From NCBI GenBank assembly GCA_001776775.1, contig MFDD01000002.1:37746-101745 (forward strand): a stretch of DNA of 64,000 nt. Direction: 5' to 3'. The DNA is from Candidatus Daviesbacteria bacterium RIFCSPHIGHO2_02_FULL_43_12. Its GTDB lineage: Bacteria; Patescibacteriota; Microgenomatia; Daviesbacterales; UBA10151. Under the pieces are notes generated by a model, which was not told where the DNA came from, did not search any database, and saw nothing but the letters and a program-made list of their open reading frames with translations. Position numbers and translations under genes: made by a program. This document shows positions 9,613-19,428 of the stretch, in pieces (the stretch's first letter is position 1; the number at the start of each line of letters is the position of its first letter).

Positions 9613-10031
9613 TGATCGAAATAATTCCTTCCTGTTTCGAGACTCTCTAAATATAGATCATAAGTTTTAAACATTGGAGAAGGTAGATCATCCAAACTAT
9701 ACCAGTCCCAATACTCGCATTTTTCTGGCTCCATGACCCTTGGTTCGCCACTCTCCCAGTCGGCGTCCAGCTGAATATGGACATAGTGTTTCCCGGTATA
9801 GGAGCGCAGGTTGCTTAAGAATCTAAAACGAATATTGGCAATACGCATCCCTGTTTCTTCTAAACACTCACGCATTGCTGACTCTGCAAATGACTCTCCA
9901 AACTCCATCGACCCACCGGGTGATGCATACTCACCTGCGCCATGAGAACCCTGCCTTTTTCCTAGTAGCACTTGTCCATTTCTATAGACCATAATACCAA
10001 TGCCGACTTTGATTTTAGAACTTTGATCCAT
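9609..10031 (-). CDS. NUDIX hydrolase
   Basis: Nudix box GGSMEFGESFAESAMRECLEETG (Gx5Ex7REUxEExGU). Overlaps the downstream gene by 4 bp. Confidence 0.8.
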   Translation of the reverse strand: MDQSSKIKVGIGIMVYRNGQVLLGKRQGSHGAGEYASPGGSMEFGESFAESAMRECLEETGMRIANIRFRFLSNLRSYTGKHYVHIQLDADWESGEPRVMEPEKCEYWDWYSLDDLPSPMFKTYDLYLESLETGRNYFDQ

Positions 10032-10063
10032 ACAGAAATGATAGCATATGCTAAAATATCAGA

Positions 10064-11536
10064 GTGAAAAATAAAAAAACAAAAATCGTCTGCACTATTG
10101 GACCTTCTTCTTGGGATTATTCAGTCCTGAAGCAATTAGCTTTGGCGGGTATGGATGTTGCCAGATTAAACTTCTCTCATGGAACTCATGCAGAAAAAGC
10201 TGCTCAAATAGTCTTGGTTCGCCGGATTTCGAGAGAATTAGATAAACCTTTGGCGATTATTGCCGATATGCAAGGTCCAAAAATTAGAATAGGTCAACTT
10301 TCGGAGGAACTATTAAAAGCTCATGCCAACAAACTCCCAGGGGGTCAGCAAGAGAAAGGACGTAATCCTGTTATCATTTTAAAACAAGGAGAAAAAATCC
10401 ATCTCTCGATAAGTCCAATTTCTGATGAAGTGCCGATGTATTTTGACCTATCACCTTTTGTTAAAAAAGGCCATCGGATCTTATTAAATGATGGCTTAGT
10501 TGAAGCCAAGGTTACAGAAATTAACGGTAAAGTTATTGTAGCCGTCGTCCAAAATGATGGCTACATCTCATCTCACAAAGGGGTTAATGTCCCAGACACT
10601 CGCCTACCAGGGGCGTCCTTAACCCCAAAAGATTATGAAGATGCCGAATTTGCCTTGAAAGCCGGAGTAGATTTTCTGGCGATCTCTTTTGTGCAATCTC
10701 CTGAAGATCTTAAAAAAGCGCGTGACCTAATTAAAAAATACTCTCCTAAGACTAAGCTGATCGTTAAGCTAGAAAAGCCCCAGGCGGTAGAAAACCTAGA
10801 AGAAATTGTCAGGGCGACAGACGCAATCATGGTTGCTAGGGGGGATTTGGCCATCGAGACAGACGTGGCAGAAGTCCCACTGGTTCAAAAAAGAATTATT
10901 CGTTTAGCCCGCCAATATTTTAAGCCAGTAATTGTAGCGACTCAAATGCTAGAGAGTATGACCGAAAACCCCCGTCCGACCAGAGCTGAGGTCTCCGATG
11001 TAGCTAATGCTGTCTTTGACCAGGCAGATGCAGTGATGCTTTCGGGGGAAACCGCCAACGGTAAGTATCCTGTCAAAACAGTTAAGATGATGAATGACAT
11101 CTGCCTAACTGTAGAAGGGCATACCGAATATAAAAACTATGTGGGTATCGACCTTGAGGATGTCGACGGCAAAGAGCTCGCCAACCGAGCGATCGCTTCT
11201 GCGGGAGTGGTGCTGGCAGAGTTAGCGAATGTTAAGTTGATAATCGCCGGTACGGTTAGTGGAAAAACCGTCCAATCCCTCTCTTCGTTTAGACCCCAGG
11301 CGGATATTGTTGCTATTTGTAATGACTCGGAGATAAGAAATCAACTAGTCCTGGTCTGGGGAGTTCGACCCTTTGATATAAAAATAGAGACTCAGGCTGA
11401 GGCATTTTGGAATCATGCGTTGGAGTTAATTAAGAAAAATAAATTGGCTTCTAAAAACGATCAGGTGATTATCCTCAGTGGACCCGTTCCGGGTGTTGGC
11501 GGCCAAACTGATACTCTAAAACTGGAAACTCTTTAA
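10064..11536 (+). CDS. pyk: Pyruvate kinase
   Basis: KIVCTIGPSS and ARLNFSHG motifs with full-length PK architecture. GTG start. Confidence 0.9.
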   Translation: MKNKKTKIVCTIGPSSWDYSVLKQLALAGMDVARLNFSHGTHAEKAAQIVLVRRISRELDKPLAIIADMQGPKIRIGQLSEELLKAHANKLPGGQQEKGRNPVIILKQGEKIHLSISPISDEVPMYFDLSPFVKKGHRILLNDGLVEAKVTEINGKVIVAVVQNDGYISSHKGVNVPDTRLPGASLTPKDYEDAEFALKAGVDFLAISFVQSPEDLKKARDLIKKYSPKTKLIVKLEKPQAVENLEEIVRATDAIMVARGDLAIETDVAEVPLVQKRIIRLARQYFKPVIVATQMLESMTENPRPTRAEVSDVANAVFDQADAVMLSGETANGKYPVKTVKMMNDICLTVEGHTEYKNYVGIDLEDVDGKELANRAIASAGVVLAELANVKLIIAGTVSGKTVQSLSSFRPQADIVAICNDSEIRNQLVLVWGVRPFDIKIETQAEAFWNHALELIKKNKLASKNDQVIILSGPVPGVGGQTDTLKLETL

Positions 11537-11539
11537 TCT

Positions 11540-12901
11540 TTATAGCTTAAATCTTCGGTCAGCTAAAAAAGGATTGGGTTTTCTGGAAACCTTGGCACTT
11601 CCTAGTAAAACTGCCCTTTGTAAGGTAAACTCTCCGTAGCGGTCGTTAACTTTGTCTAAAGCTTGCAGGATGCGCTCTTCTTTTAATCGGTCTTCCAGGA
11701 AAGTCCTGTTCCGGGGGTAGGCAGACGTTAAGTTCGAAACCGAAACTCCGACCATCCGAATCTTGTCTTTATTCCAAAGTCGAAGAAAGGTTTGCCAAGC
11801 AGCTTGAAAGATCTCTAACCCGCTACTAGTTGGAGCGATAGTCAACTGCATCCCTCTTCCGCTAAAGCTACGGAGGGCGAGCCCGTCTCCTGAGGTAGAG
11901 CCATTAGAGTATTCCAAAGCTTCAGCGAAGGCATACCGAAACCACATACTCACTGTTTCGCCAACTAATTTCTTATGTCGCAGTTTACGAGAGATTAGCT
12001 CAGTGATCTTTAGAAAGATCTGTTTAACCTCTTCTGCGCTTTCGGTATCGTGACTTAAGGTATGTCGATGGCCGACTGATTTAACTTCCGGTTTCTGGTA
12101 AAAGGGTACTATCGGAGTAGGGTCTATCCCTCTGGCATAGTTAAATAAAACCTCACCGTAAGACTTGAAACTTACCATCAGCGTTTGTTTAGACGCTTGC
12201 CTCAAGCTTTTAAAATTGGTAACCCCCATATTCAGTAAACGCTTTTTGGTCTTGTAACCTATCCCGCAGATCTCGTCTAGCTCGACTCGATCCAGAATCC
12301 ATTGAGCGGCTTCTTGGTCGGCAATCATCACTAGTCCATCCGGCTTGTATAAAGATCCGGCAAGTTTGGCCATGAGTTTGTTGTAAGAAATGCCGATCGA
12401 ACAAGTGATCCATTCCCCGATCTCTGCTCGAATGCGAGACTTAATTTCAGTAGCAAGCTGCAACAGGTTATAGTTATCTTTTTCTGTACACTGTCCCCTG
12501 TGCCCTGTCAACTCCAAAAAGCATTCATCAATAGAAAAAACCTCCAGATAGGGAGAATAATCCTTGAGGATGTTTAAGAATTTTTGGGTCGTATCCAGAT
12601 ATTTGTCGCTATCGCCATTGACTAAAATTAGCTCGGGGCAAAGCTGGCGAGCCTCCCATATCTGCATCCCTGTCCTCACTCCAAACTTTTTTGCCTCCAC
12701 CGAGGCAGCCCCTAGAACTGTCCTGGTCGTACGATCCCCACCGGTTACTCCAATTGGTTTACCACGCAGCCGGGGGTTCGCCTGCTGCTCGACTGTGGCA
12801 AAGAAGGAATTAAAATCAATATGTACTATAATACGATTCACGATATATGATTCAGGATTCATGAATCTTGTATCTTGAATCATGAATCTATCCTTCCTCA
12901 A
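11540..12901 (-). CDS. dinB: DNA polymerase IV (Y-family, DinB)
   Basis: IVHIDFNSFFATVE and SIDECFLELTG motifs. The likely true start is the internal Met at 12862 (MNPESYIV...). Confidence 0.85.
   Translation of the reverse strand: MRKDRFMIQDTRFMNPESYIVNRIIVHIDFNSFFATVEQQANPRLRGKPIGVTGGDRTTRTVLGAASVEAKKFGVRTGMQIWEARQLCPELILVNGDSDKYLDTTQKFLNILKDYSPYLEVFSIDECFLELTGHRGQCTEKDNYNLLQLATEIKSRIRAEIGEWITCSIGISYNKLMAKLAGSLYKPDGLVMIADQEAAQWILDRVELDEICGIGYKTKKRLLNMGVTNFKSLRQASKQTLMVSFKSYGEVLFNYARGIDPTPIVPFYQKPEVKSVGHRHTLSHDTESAEEVKQIFLKITELISRKLRHKKLVGETVSMWFRYAFAEALEYSNGSTSGDGLALRSFSGRGMQLTIAPTSSGLEIFQAAWQTFLRLWNKDKIRMVGVSVSNLTSAYPRNRTFLEDRLKEERILQALDKVNDRYGEFTLQRAVLLGSAKVSRKPNPFLADRRFKL
12848..12890. 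promoter_or_regulatory. Cluster of palindromic GATTCATGAATC / TCTTGAATCATGAATC motifs at the dinB 5' end
   Basis: Perfect 12-bp palindrome at 12857-12868 centred on the candidate ATG, and a related 16-mer at 12873-12888. The same family recurs at 21570-21625. Confidence 0.3.
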
Positions 12902-13074
12902 CTGCTTCTAAGGTCCACTTCAAAGAAGTAGTATCAAATCCCAGTCTATAAAAATTACCCCCTGCTGACACCGAAAAGTGATAAAATAGCGAAGATCCAT
13001 TTCGGTTTTGATGACAAAGATTGATCTTGTCGATTTTGATTTGACGTTGATTCCAAAAAAAGAGGTAAGGTTCT

Positions 13075-14937
13075 ATGGTAGATTTCCTAAAAAAAACCCA
13101 AACATTAATAGGTTCACTCAGCTCTAACATAGCTAACCCTATTATTACCCGAATCAAACCCGAATGTCAATCGAGCAAAGGTTACAGGTTACAGGTTACA
13201 GGTTACAGATGGACCGCAGGTTTAATCTCACTTTATCTCCTACTGTTTACTGTACCCTGTACTCTGTACCCTGCTTTCGCTATTGTTGACCCCCGAGTAA
13301 GTCTGAATAATAAGTTTGGAATCCATATTCTTTCAGCCGTCCCTGACGAAGCCTCGGCTGCGGCAACTTTTGTCAACTCCAAGGGAGGAGATTGGGGGTA
13401 TGTTACTCTGTTAATTGAAAATCGTGACCGGGATAAGAATAGATGGCAACAAGTATTTGATGATCTACGCAGAAGACACTTAATTCCGCTAGTGCGGATA
13501 GCTACTCATCCCGAAGGGAGCGCCTGGAAAGTCCCGACTGACGGCGAGGAAAATATCTGGGCCGAATTTTTAAATAGCCTTAAATGGCCGGTTAAAAACC
13601 GCTATGTGATCATTTATAACGAACCCAACCAAGGCCAAGAATGGGGTGGACAAGTAGATAGCGCGTCCTACGCCAAGGTCTTGGATAAAACCATCGCTGC
13701 ATTAAAGGCCAAAAACGAAGATTTTTTCGTTTTAAACGCCGGATTTGATGCCTCTGCCCCAAATAAGGCACCCAGTTACGCAGATGAATTAATCTTTTTA
13801 CAGGACATGAATAAGGCTGTCCCGGGAATCTTTAATAAATTAGACGGATGGTCTTCTCATTCTTATCCTAATCCGGGGTTTGTTGGATCTCCGGAAGATA
13901 CCGGCAGAGGCACTACCTCTACCTGGGCTTGGGAAATGGAGGTGCTTTATGAGCTTGGGTTAAATAAATCTCTGCCTGTGTTTATCACCGAGACCGGATG
14001 GAAACACGCCGAAGGTATAAATTTTGATAAATCTTTGCCTGATGCTGATAAAGTCGCGCAGTATTATAAATATGCCTTTGAAAATACTTGGACCAGTAGC
14101 CAAATAGTGGCTATTACTCCTTTTATCCTTAATTACCAAGAAAACCCTTTTGACCATTTTTCGTTTAAGAAACTAACTGGTGAAAAACAAAACCTCAAAA
14201 TCCTGGGGCTGCAATATCCGGAATACTATTCTCCCTTTACTACCCTAGCTGATTTACCTAAATCTTCTGGCAGGCCAGTTCAGGTCAATAAAGCTGAGCT
14301 GGTCAAAGGGGCTTTGTTTACTTCGATTGTGGCTGGCGAAGAGTACACCATTCCCCTTACTTTCAAAAATACCGGGCAATCGACTTGGAACGAATACGAG
14401 CAGGTTAAGCTAGTAATCTTAAAGGGGGGTCAAGATTTAGGGATCCAGGATGTGGAGCTACCAAAAACAACTAGAGTAGAACCGGGCGGTGAATACACGT
14501 TTATCCTGCATGTTAAAAGTTTCAACCGGGGCAGCTTTAATGTTTCTTTGGCTCTGGTAGTGGGCAAAACACAATTTGAAGAACAAACTTTTGACTATAC
14601 TGTCGAAGTTAAACAACCGGTTATCTTGCAGGTAAAGGTTGGATTGAGGTGGGGCAAAGATGCGGCAGGGGTATATCTTTTTAAACTATCGACAGTCTTG
14701 GGTGATAGTTTTCAAAAAATACTACTCACCAGCTCTGGGGAATCCAGCCCAATCGATGCACGATTGCTACTGCCGGACTATAGTTTTGACTTTACCTTAA
14801 ACAAGCCCTACTACAAGACAAAGACCCTGCACCAAACAGTGCATTCCGGAGTTAATACCTTGGACTTTGGGATTATGGAACCAGACTTTTTTGCTGCCCT
14901 TTTCCACCCAGATCAATTTATCAAACTCTTGCCTTAG
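13075..14937 (+). CDS. Secreted glycoside hydrolase, GH5-like catalytic domain with C-terminal beta-rich domain
   Basis: VIIYNEPN (acid/base) and FITETGW (nucleophile) motifs typical of GH5. Hydrophobic signal-like segment after residue 45. Confidence 0.55.
   Translation: MVDFLKKTQTLIGSLSSNIANPIITRIKPECQSSKGYRLQVTGYRWTAGLISLYLLLFTVPCTLYPAFAIVDPRVSLNNKFGIHILSAVPDEASAAATFVNSKGGDWGYVTLLIENRDRDKNRWQQVFDDLRRRHLIPLVRIATHPEGSAWKVPTDGEENIWAEFLNSLKWPVKNRYVIIYNEPNQGQEWGGQVDSASYAKVLDKTIAALKAKNEDFFVLNAGFDASAPNKAPSYADELIFLQDMNKAVPGIFNKLDGWSSHSYPNPGFVGSPEDTGRGTTSTWAWEMEVLYELGLNKSLPVFITETGWKHAEGINFDKSLPDADKVAQYYKYAFENTWTSSQIVAITPFILNYQENPFDHFSFKKLTGEKQNLKILGLQYPEYYSPFTTLADLPKSSGRPVQVNKAELVKGALFTSIVAGEEYTIPLTFKNTGQSTWNEYEQVKLVILKGGQDLGIQDVELPKTTRVEPGGEYTFILHVKSFNRGSFNVSLALVVGKTQFEEQTFDYTVEVKQPVILQVKVGLRWGKDAAGVYLFKLSTVLGDSFQKILLTSSGESSPIDARLLLPDYSFDFTLNKPYYKTKTLHQTVHSGVNTLDFGIMEPDFFAALFHPDQFIKLLP
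13181..13208 (+). repeat. Heptanucleotide tandem repeat (GTTACAG)x4 inside the 5' coding region of the GH5-like gene
   Basis: Four perfect 7-bp units read directly; they encode GYRLQVTGYR. Confidence 0.8.
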
Positions 14938-14965
14938 CTTTTAATGAGTTAATAATGTTGGTAGA

Positions 14966-15565
14966 ATGGTTTATATGAGAAAGATTGTTGTTTTGACTTT
15001 TCTAACCCTTGACGGAGTTATGCAGGCTCCTGGCGGACCCAAAGAAGATACCAGCGGAGGCTTTAAATACGGCGGCTGGACTGTTCCATATTTTGATGAT
15101 TTTTCAGGTAAGATCATGGACAAGCAGATGAAGAGAAAATATGATCTGCTGCTTGGACGAAAAACCTACGATATCTTTGCCGGATACTGGCCAGAGCATA
15201 CCAGCGCCTGGCCTCAAGTCAATAAAATTACAAAATATGTTGTCTCCAAGACCCTAAAAAAAGCGACTTGGAAAAATACTGTCATAGTAAAAAGCATCGG
15301 AGCATTAAAAAAGCTAAAGGATTCTGAAGGTCCCGATCTTCAGGTTTATGGCAGTGGCAATCTCGCCCAGACGCTTTTGAAGCAGGATTTAGTTGATGAA
15401 CTTTGGCTAAAGATCTTCCCTATTACGCTGGGTGCTGGAAAAAAGTTATTTGATAAGGGGACTATTCCCGCCGCTTTCACTCTAACTGATTCCAAGACCT
15501 CACCAAGTGGGGTGATATTTGCCAATTTTAAGCGTGCAGGAGAAGTTGAAACAGGATCCTTTTAA
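14966..15565 (+). CDS. Dihydrofolate reductase family protein (RibD C-terminal domain)
   Basis: N-terminus IVVLTFLTLDGVMQAPGGP and overall length match PF01872-type proteins. Confidence 0.7.
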   Translation: MVYMRKIVVLTFLTLDGVMQAPGGPKEDTSGGFKYGGWTVPYFDDFSGKIMDKQMKRKYDLLLGRKTYDIFAGYWPEHTSAWPQVNKITKYVVSKTLKKATWKNTVIVKSIGALKKLKDSEGPDLQVYGSGNLAQTLLKQDLVDELWLKIFPITLGAGKKLFDKGTIPAAFTLTDSKTSPSGVIFANFKRAGEVETGSF

Positions 15566-15568
15566 GTT

Positions 15569-16126
15569 TTATGGTTCTCGGAGGACCCAATTGTGTGATA
15601 CATACGGTTCACTACATAGATTACGATTAAAACAGCATGGGCGTCTCATTCCTTTATTCAGCTTATCTAGCGCAACTTCTATATGTTTTTGGCGGGTCTT
15701 CGGTGTTTTGACAGCTCGTATCCAACGAATCCAATCCCAACGAGCCATGGCGGTAATATCGTACCATAAGCTTTGGGCTTTGGGGGATGTAGACAGCGCC
15801 TTTTTCAAATCTGCTGGTACTTCCGGTTCGATCCATTCTTTGGAAGGAACAAGTGAAACTTGTACATTATCTCCTGCTTTGGCATGAGCATCATCAAGTA
15901 ATTTTTTGTCCGGTCTAAACCAGTGGCTCGGTTTGTGGTCTGGTGAATACCTTCCATCCGGCTCGATCAAAGTTTTAAAAGCAACACCATTAATAGTACC
16001 AGCTACCATTAGCATGCCTCTTGACGGAAGTATTGCGGAGGCGCTCTCCGGTAATTTGAGAATGGTCCAGGAATTAATTTTAAACAGCTTAGTTTTGAAG
16101 TCGATTTTTGACATACATTCTCGCAC
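15569..16126 (-). CDS. YdeI/OmpD-associated family protein (DUF1905 + YdeI-like C-terminus)
   Basis: C-terminal WYDITAMARWDWIRWIRAVKTPKTRQKHIE resembles the YdeI/OmdA signature. Confidence 0.5.
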   Translation of the reverse strand: MRECMSKIDFKTKLFKINSWTILKLPESASAILPSRGMLMVAGTINGVAFKTLIEPDGRYSPDHKPSHWFRPDKKLLDDAHAKAGDNVQVSLVPSKEWIEPEVPADLKKALSTSPKAQSLWYDITAMARWDWIRWIRAVKTPKTRQKHIEVALDKLNKGMRRPCCFNRNLCSEPYVSHNWVLREP

Positions 16127-16214
16127 CGAATTTTAGGATCAGTCGAAGACTCTGTACTCGGTCGATCCGCTTTAGCGGATCGAAACCGTAAATTTCTTTT
16201 AGAAATTTACTCAG

Positions 16215-16287
16215 GGTGGCTGAGGGGAGTTGGACCCCCGACCTCCTGCGCCACAGGCAGGCGCTCTACCGTTGAGCTACAGCCACC
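16215..16287 (-). tRNA. tRNA-His (anticodon GTG) with encoded G-1
   Basis: Reverse complement folds as GGTGGCTG...; anticodon loop CTGTGGC. The extra 5' G pairs with discriminator C73, as is typical for tRNA-His. No CCA. Confidence 0.85.
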
Positions 16288-16433
16288 ATAAACTGGATAA
16301 TTTTATCATAGATCGCTCCCGGATGACAGCTAAAGACGGTTGGGCCTTTAGGGATCCAAGTAACGAGGGTTTATTGTTTTAAGCTCAATACCTCGATCGT
16401 CAGATCATGGATGGAGTTTTGGTGATTAAAGGG

Positions 16434-17426
16434 TTAGAGTACCGGATCCTCGGTTTTACTGATTAATCTTCTGGCGGTGTATTTATCATATCCATGGAAG
16501 AGTAAAGTTAAGGCAGTTCCGAAGAGTATAAAATGGGGCCAGGCCGCTTCTTGAAAGAAAAGTATCGAGACAGTCAGGAAGATAATAAAGACAAAACTTA
16601 CTAAACGAATCTGATATCCAAAAATTAGACATAGCCCAATGAGTGATTCAACCAGAAATGCTCCGAGCACTACAAATAGTGGATCAAAGGGGAAAAACTT
16701 TGTTAACTCAAATTTATTGATCGTCTCAATTGCTAGCTGACTATGTAAAAATTTAGCAAAGAAGGCTGAATATAACAGCGAACATCCGAGCGCTATCCTA
16801 ATGATTAAAAACTCCTTACCCTGCTCTTCTGGATTACTAGGTTTTAGCAAACCAAAATACGGACCATGTAAAAGTACGGCTAGCGCTCCGCCTAAATAAA
16901 CCATATAGGCTAGCGCAAAAGTAGGAGCAAAGATTAAAGAGCAGACAAAGAGTAGTATAAATAGAAGTATACCTAGCCGGACATATTTTCCCAGAATCAG
17001 AGTAACCGCGCAGCCTAAAAGCAAAGCCCTGGCTAACAGAGCAGAGCTGCCAAAGATCTTTTCTAGCGGTAACTCTGGACCAAACAGAGCATTATAGTAG
17101 ACACAGCTAAGTAAACTTCCCAGTAAGGTCAGCTGAATTAATACGGGAGCCCACCTTTTTACTCTATTTTCCAGTTTCACTAAGAAAAAGAATCTGGCTA
17201 ACCAGCCCGATAAAAAATGGGCTAACAAGCCAACTAGAGTAATTAAAAAAGCAGCCACCAAAAATTGATTATAGTTAGTAGTTAAGGCGTTAAAGGGATT
17301 GGGTGAGATCTGTTCTAAGCTTATCTTTACCTCTTGAGGGGCTAAGACATACACCTCATGTGCAGCTACAATCTGAGGGGAAAAAAAGATTAAGCAGACT
17401 AAAAAAAACAAAATTCCCCTTGGCAC
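16434..17426 (-). CDS. Polytopic membrane protein, unknown function
   Basis: Signal peptide plus about 8 TM helices. Confidence 0.5.
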   Translation of the reverse strand: MPRGILFFLVCLIFFSPQIVAAHEVYVLAPQEVKISLEQISPNPFNALTTNYNQFLVAAFLITLVGLLAHFLSGWLARFFFLVKLENRVKRWAPVLIQLTLLGSLLSCVYYNALFGPELPLEKIFGSSALLARALLLGCAVTLILGKYVRLGILLFILLFVCSLIFAPTFALAYMVYLGGALAVLLHGPYFGLLKPSNPEEQGKEFLIIRIALGCSLLYSAFFAKFLHSQLAIETINKFELTKFFPFDPLFVVLGAFLVESLIGLCLIFGYQIRLVSFVFIIFLTVSILFFQEAAWPHFILFGTALTLLFHGYDKYTARRLISKTEDPVL

Positions 17427-17449
17427 TTTCTTAGTGTATCATAAAGTTT

Positions 17450-18649
17450 ATGTTCAAAAAGAGTTTGCCTAAAAAAATTATAACCTCTTTAATCGGCCTA
17501 CTTATAGTGATGTTTTTAGTAGCGGTGGGAGTTATTGCATATAATACCCAACCCAAGTTACAAAAAAGAGTTAATCTATTTTTGGCAGGAGACAAAGATT
17601 ATCAAACGAAAATAGCTTCCCTCTTGGCTGAAGTAGAGACAGTCAAGAGTACTGACCAGATCAAACGAAACGACCAACTTGAAGCTGAGATTAAGAATAT
17701 CCAAATAACATACATGGTAGCCCTTTCCTTATATGAAAGAGTTCTAGATCTCAAAATTAAACAGCCTAAGAACCCGGATTTGGATACCTTATTTGCTGCA
17801 TCCTTAAAATATCTCTCGGATCGAAATTATACCTCTGGGTCAGCTACTTTAGCTAAATTAGATAAACAGATCCAAGAAATAGAGAGCAAACTTGCTCAAA
17901 CAACTACCCAAGGAACAACCCTGACCGTAATTGCAACTCCCAATAACTCTCCTCCGGGATCCGGATATTCCAGACAGTCAGTTCAGTCCGACTTAGGAAC
18001 GTTTGTAGTTGATTTAATCGCTGCCGATTTAAACAGTAATAAAGTCATTATCGATACTGCCTCTGATGGAGATTGTAGTAATGACTGTCCAGTGATGCCT
18101 CTAGCGAGCTATGCTTCCCGAAGCGGAGCCTGGGCCGGGATCAACGGTAGCTTCTTTTGCCCCTCGGAATATCCTAGCTGTGCAGGGAAGACAAATAGCT
18201 TTGACACGTTACTAATGAATAAAAATAAAACTTACTTTAATTCGGCCAATAATGTCTATAGCACTGTCCCGGTAGCAATTTTTTGGGCTGGATCGGCCCG
18301 CTTTGTCGGCCAAAGCCTGGAGTGGGGACGAGATGCCGGAGTAGACGCTGTCATCGCTAATTACCCGCTGCTTGTAGCTGGAGATAATATTGTTTACAGC
18401 GGATCAAGCAATGCTAAATTTAACGCTAAAGGTGCTCGGGGGTTTATTGCTTCCAAAGGTGGTACTGCGTATATTGGCTTTGTCTATAATGCGAACATGT
18501 CAGACTCAGCACATGTGTTAAAGACTTTGGGGATGAATAACGCCTTAAATCTTGATGAAGGTGGTTCAACAGCTCTTTGGGTTAACGGAGGCTATCGAAC
18601 TGGACCTGGAAGAAATATCCCAAATGCCGTGTTATTTGTTAAACGCTAA
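17450..18649 (+). CDS. Phosphodiester glycosidase family protein (NAGPA-like / DUF2233)
   Basis: GINGSFF ... NLDEGGSTALW motifs. N-terminal TM plus coiled coil. Confidence 0.65.
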   Translation: MFKKSLPKKIITSLIGLLIVMFLVAVGVIAYNTQPKLQKRVNLFLAGDKDYQTKIASLLAEVETVKSTDQIKRNDQLEAEIKNIQITYMVALSLYERVLDLKIKQPKNPDLDTLFAASLKYLSDRNYTSGSATLAKLDKQIQEIESKLAQTTTQGTTLTVIATPNNSPPGSGYSRQSVQSDLGTFVVDLIAADLNSNKVIIDTASDGDCSNDCPVMPLASYASRSGAWAGINGSFFCPSEYPSCAGKTNSFDTLLMNKNKTYFNSANNVYSTVPVAIFWAGSARFVGQSLEWGRDAGVDAVIANYPLLVAGDNIVYSGSSNAKFNAKGARGFIASKGGTAYIGFVYNANMSDSAHVLKTLGMNNALNLDEGGSTALWVNGGYRTGPGRNIPNAVLFVKR

Positions 18650-18660
18650 ATGTAAGGACT

Positions 18661-18750
18661 TTAAGGCATAGCTCCTTGCGCTACCAAGACAGCTGCCGTC
18701 AGAAAACCAAAGACCAATGTAACTACAGCCGCTAAGCTTCTTTTTAACAT
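18661..18750 (-). CDS. Candidate 29-aa hydrophobic micropeptide (MLKRSLAAVVTLVFGFLTAAVLVAQGAMP)
   Basis: ORF below the size cutoff of the supplied track. GGTGAG-like SD 6-10 nt upstream. Single predicted TM. Confidence 0.25.
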   Translation of the reverse strand: MLKRSLAAVVTLVFGFLTAAVLVAQGAMP

Positions 18751-18951
18751 ATCTCACCACCCTTCCCTAAATTCTGTAGATAAGTACCTACTGGCTAGTA
18801 TAGCTTTATATCTTCTGAATAGAATCAATATTTGGTAAGAATCATAAATGGAAAATTATTGGTTGTGGCCTATTGTAGAAATGATATATAATTCCTATAA
18901 GGACTCTTATTCCATATCATCCTTGGAGGGTCCTTTATTTTTGCAACAATC

Positions 18952-19401
18952 ATGACTAACTTCGAGAAAGTATCAATTAAAGCAACCAATTGGATCGGCA
19001 CGACAGGATCTATTGTTGTGCATAGTATCCTCTTTGTAGGAATATTCTCTTTACAACTACTTGGATTCCATTTTGATACTATCCTGCTGATTTTAACAAC
19101 TGCTGTATCTTTAGAGGCTATTTATTTGGCTATTTTTATTCAAATGACTGTTAATCGGAACACCCAAAGCTTAGAGGGCGTGGAAGACGACATCGAAGAG
19201 ATCCAAGAGGACTTTAAAGATTTAGAGGACGATGTTGAGGATATCTCTGAAGATATCGACAAGATACAAGAGAGCGATGAGGTAGAAGAAGCTGAGGAGT
19301 TGCTGACCAAACGAACTATTACCAACCTTGAGCAAGATTTGCAGAGACTAACCAAAGATATTGAATCGTTAAAGAAACAAAAAGCCCCCAAACTATTATG
19401 A
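18952..19401 (+). CDS. DUF1003 family membrane protein
   Basis: Two TM segments followed by an acidic coiled-coil tail. Pattern TTAVSLEAIYLAIFIQMTVNRN matches DUF1003. Confidence 0.55.
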   Translation: MTNFEKVSIKATNWIGTTGSIVVHSILFVGIFSLQLLGFHFDTILLILTTAVSLEAIYLAIFIQMTVNRNTQSLEGVEDDIEEIQEDFKDLEDDVEDISEDIDKIQESDEVEEAEELLTKRTITNLEQDLQRLTKDIESLKKQKAPKLL

Positions 19402-19428
19402 ACAAGGCCAATCTCCTAATTTTTAGGA

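Noticed and set aside
12888-13157. 89-aa minus-strand ORF overlapping the dinB 5' end and the GH5-like gene start
   Set aside because: It overlaps two better-supported genes, has a low-complexity translation and no motif. Likely a shadow ORF.
13181-13208. CRISPR array
   Set aside because: The only short tandem repeat is a 7-bp microsatellite without spacers. No cas genes are in the window.
15519-16136. + strand ORFs (122 and 76 aa) antisense to the YdeI-family gene
   Set aside because: Antisense shadow ORFs of a gene with a recognisable C-terminal family signature.
16162-16181. Hairpin CGATCCGCT-TTA-GCGGATCG between tRNA-His and the YdeI-family gene as an intrinsic terminator
   Set aside because: No U-tract on either strand. 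It may be an RNA-processing stem, but this is not supportable as a terminator call.
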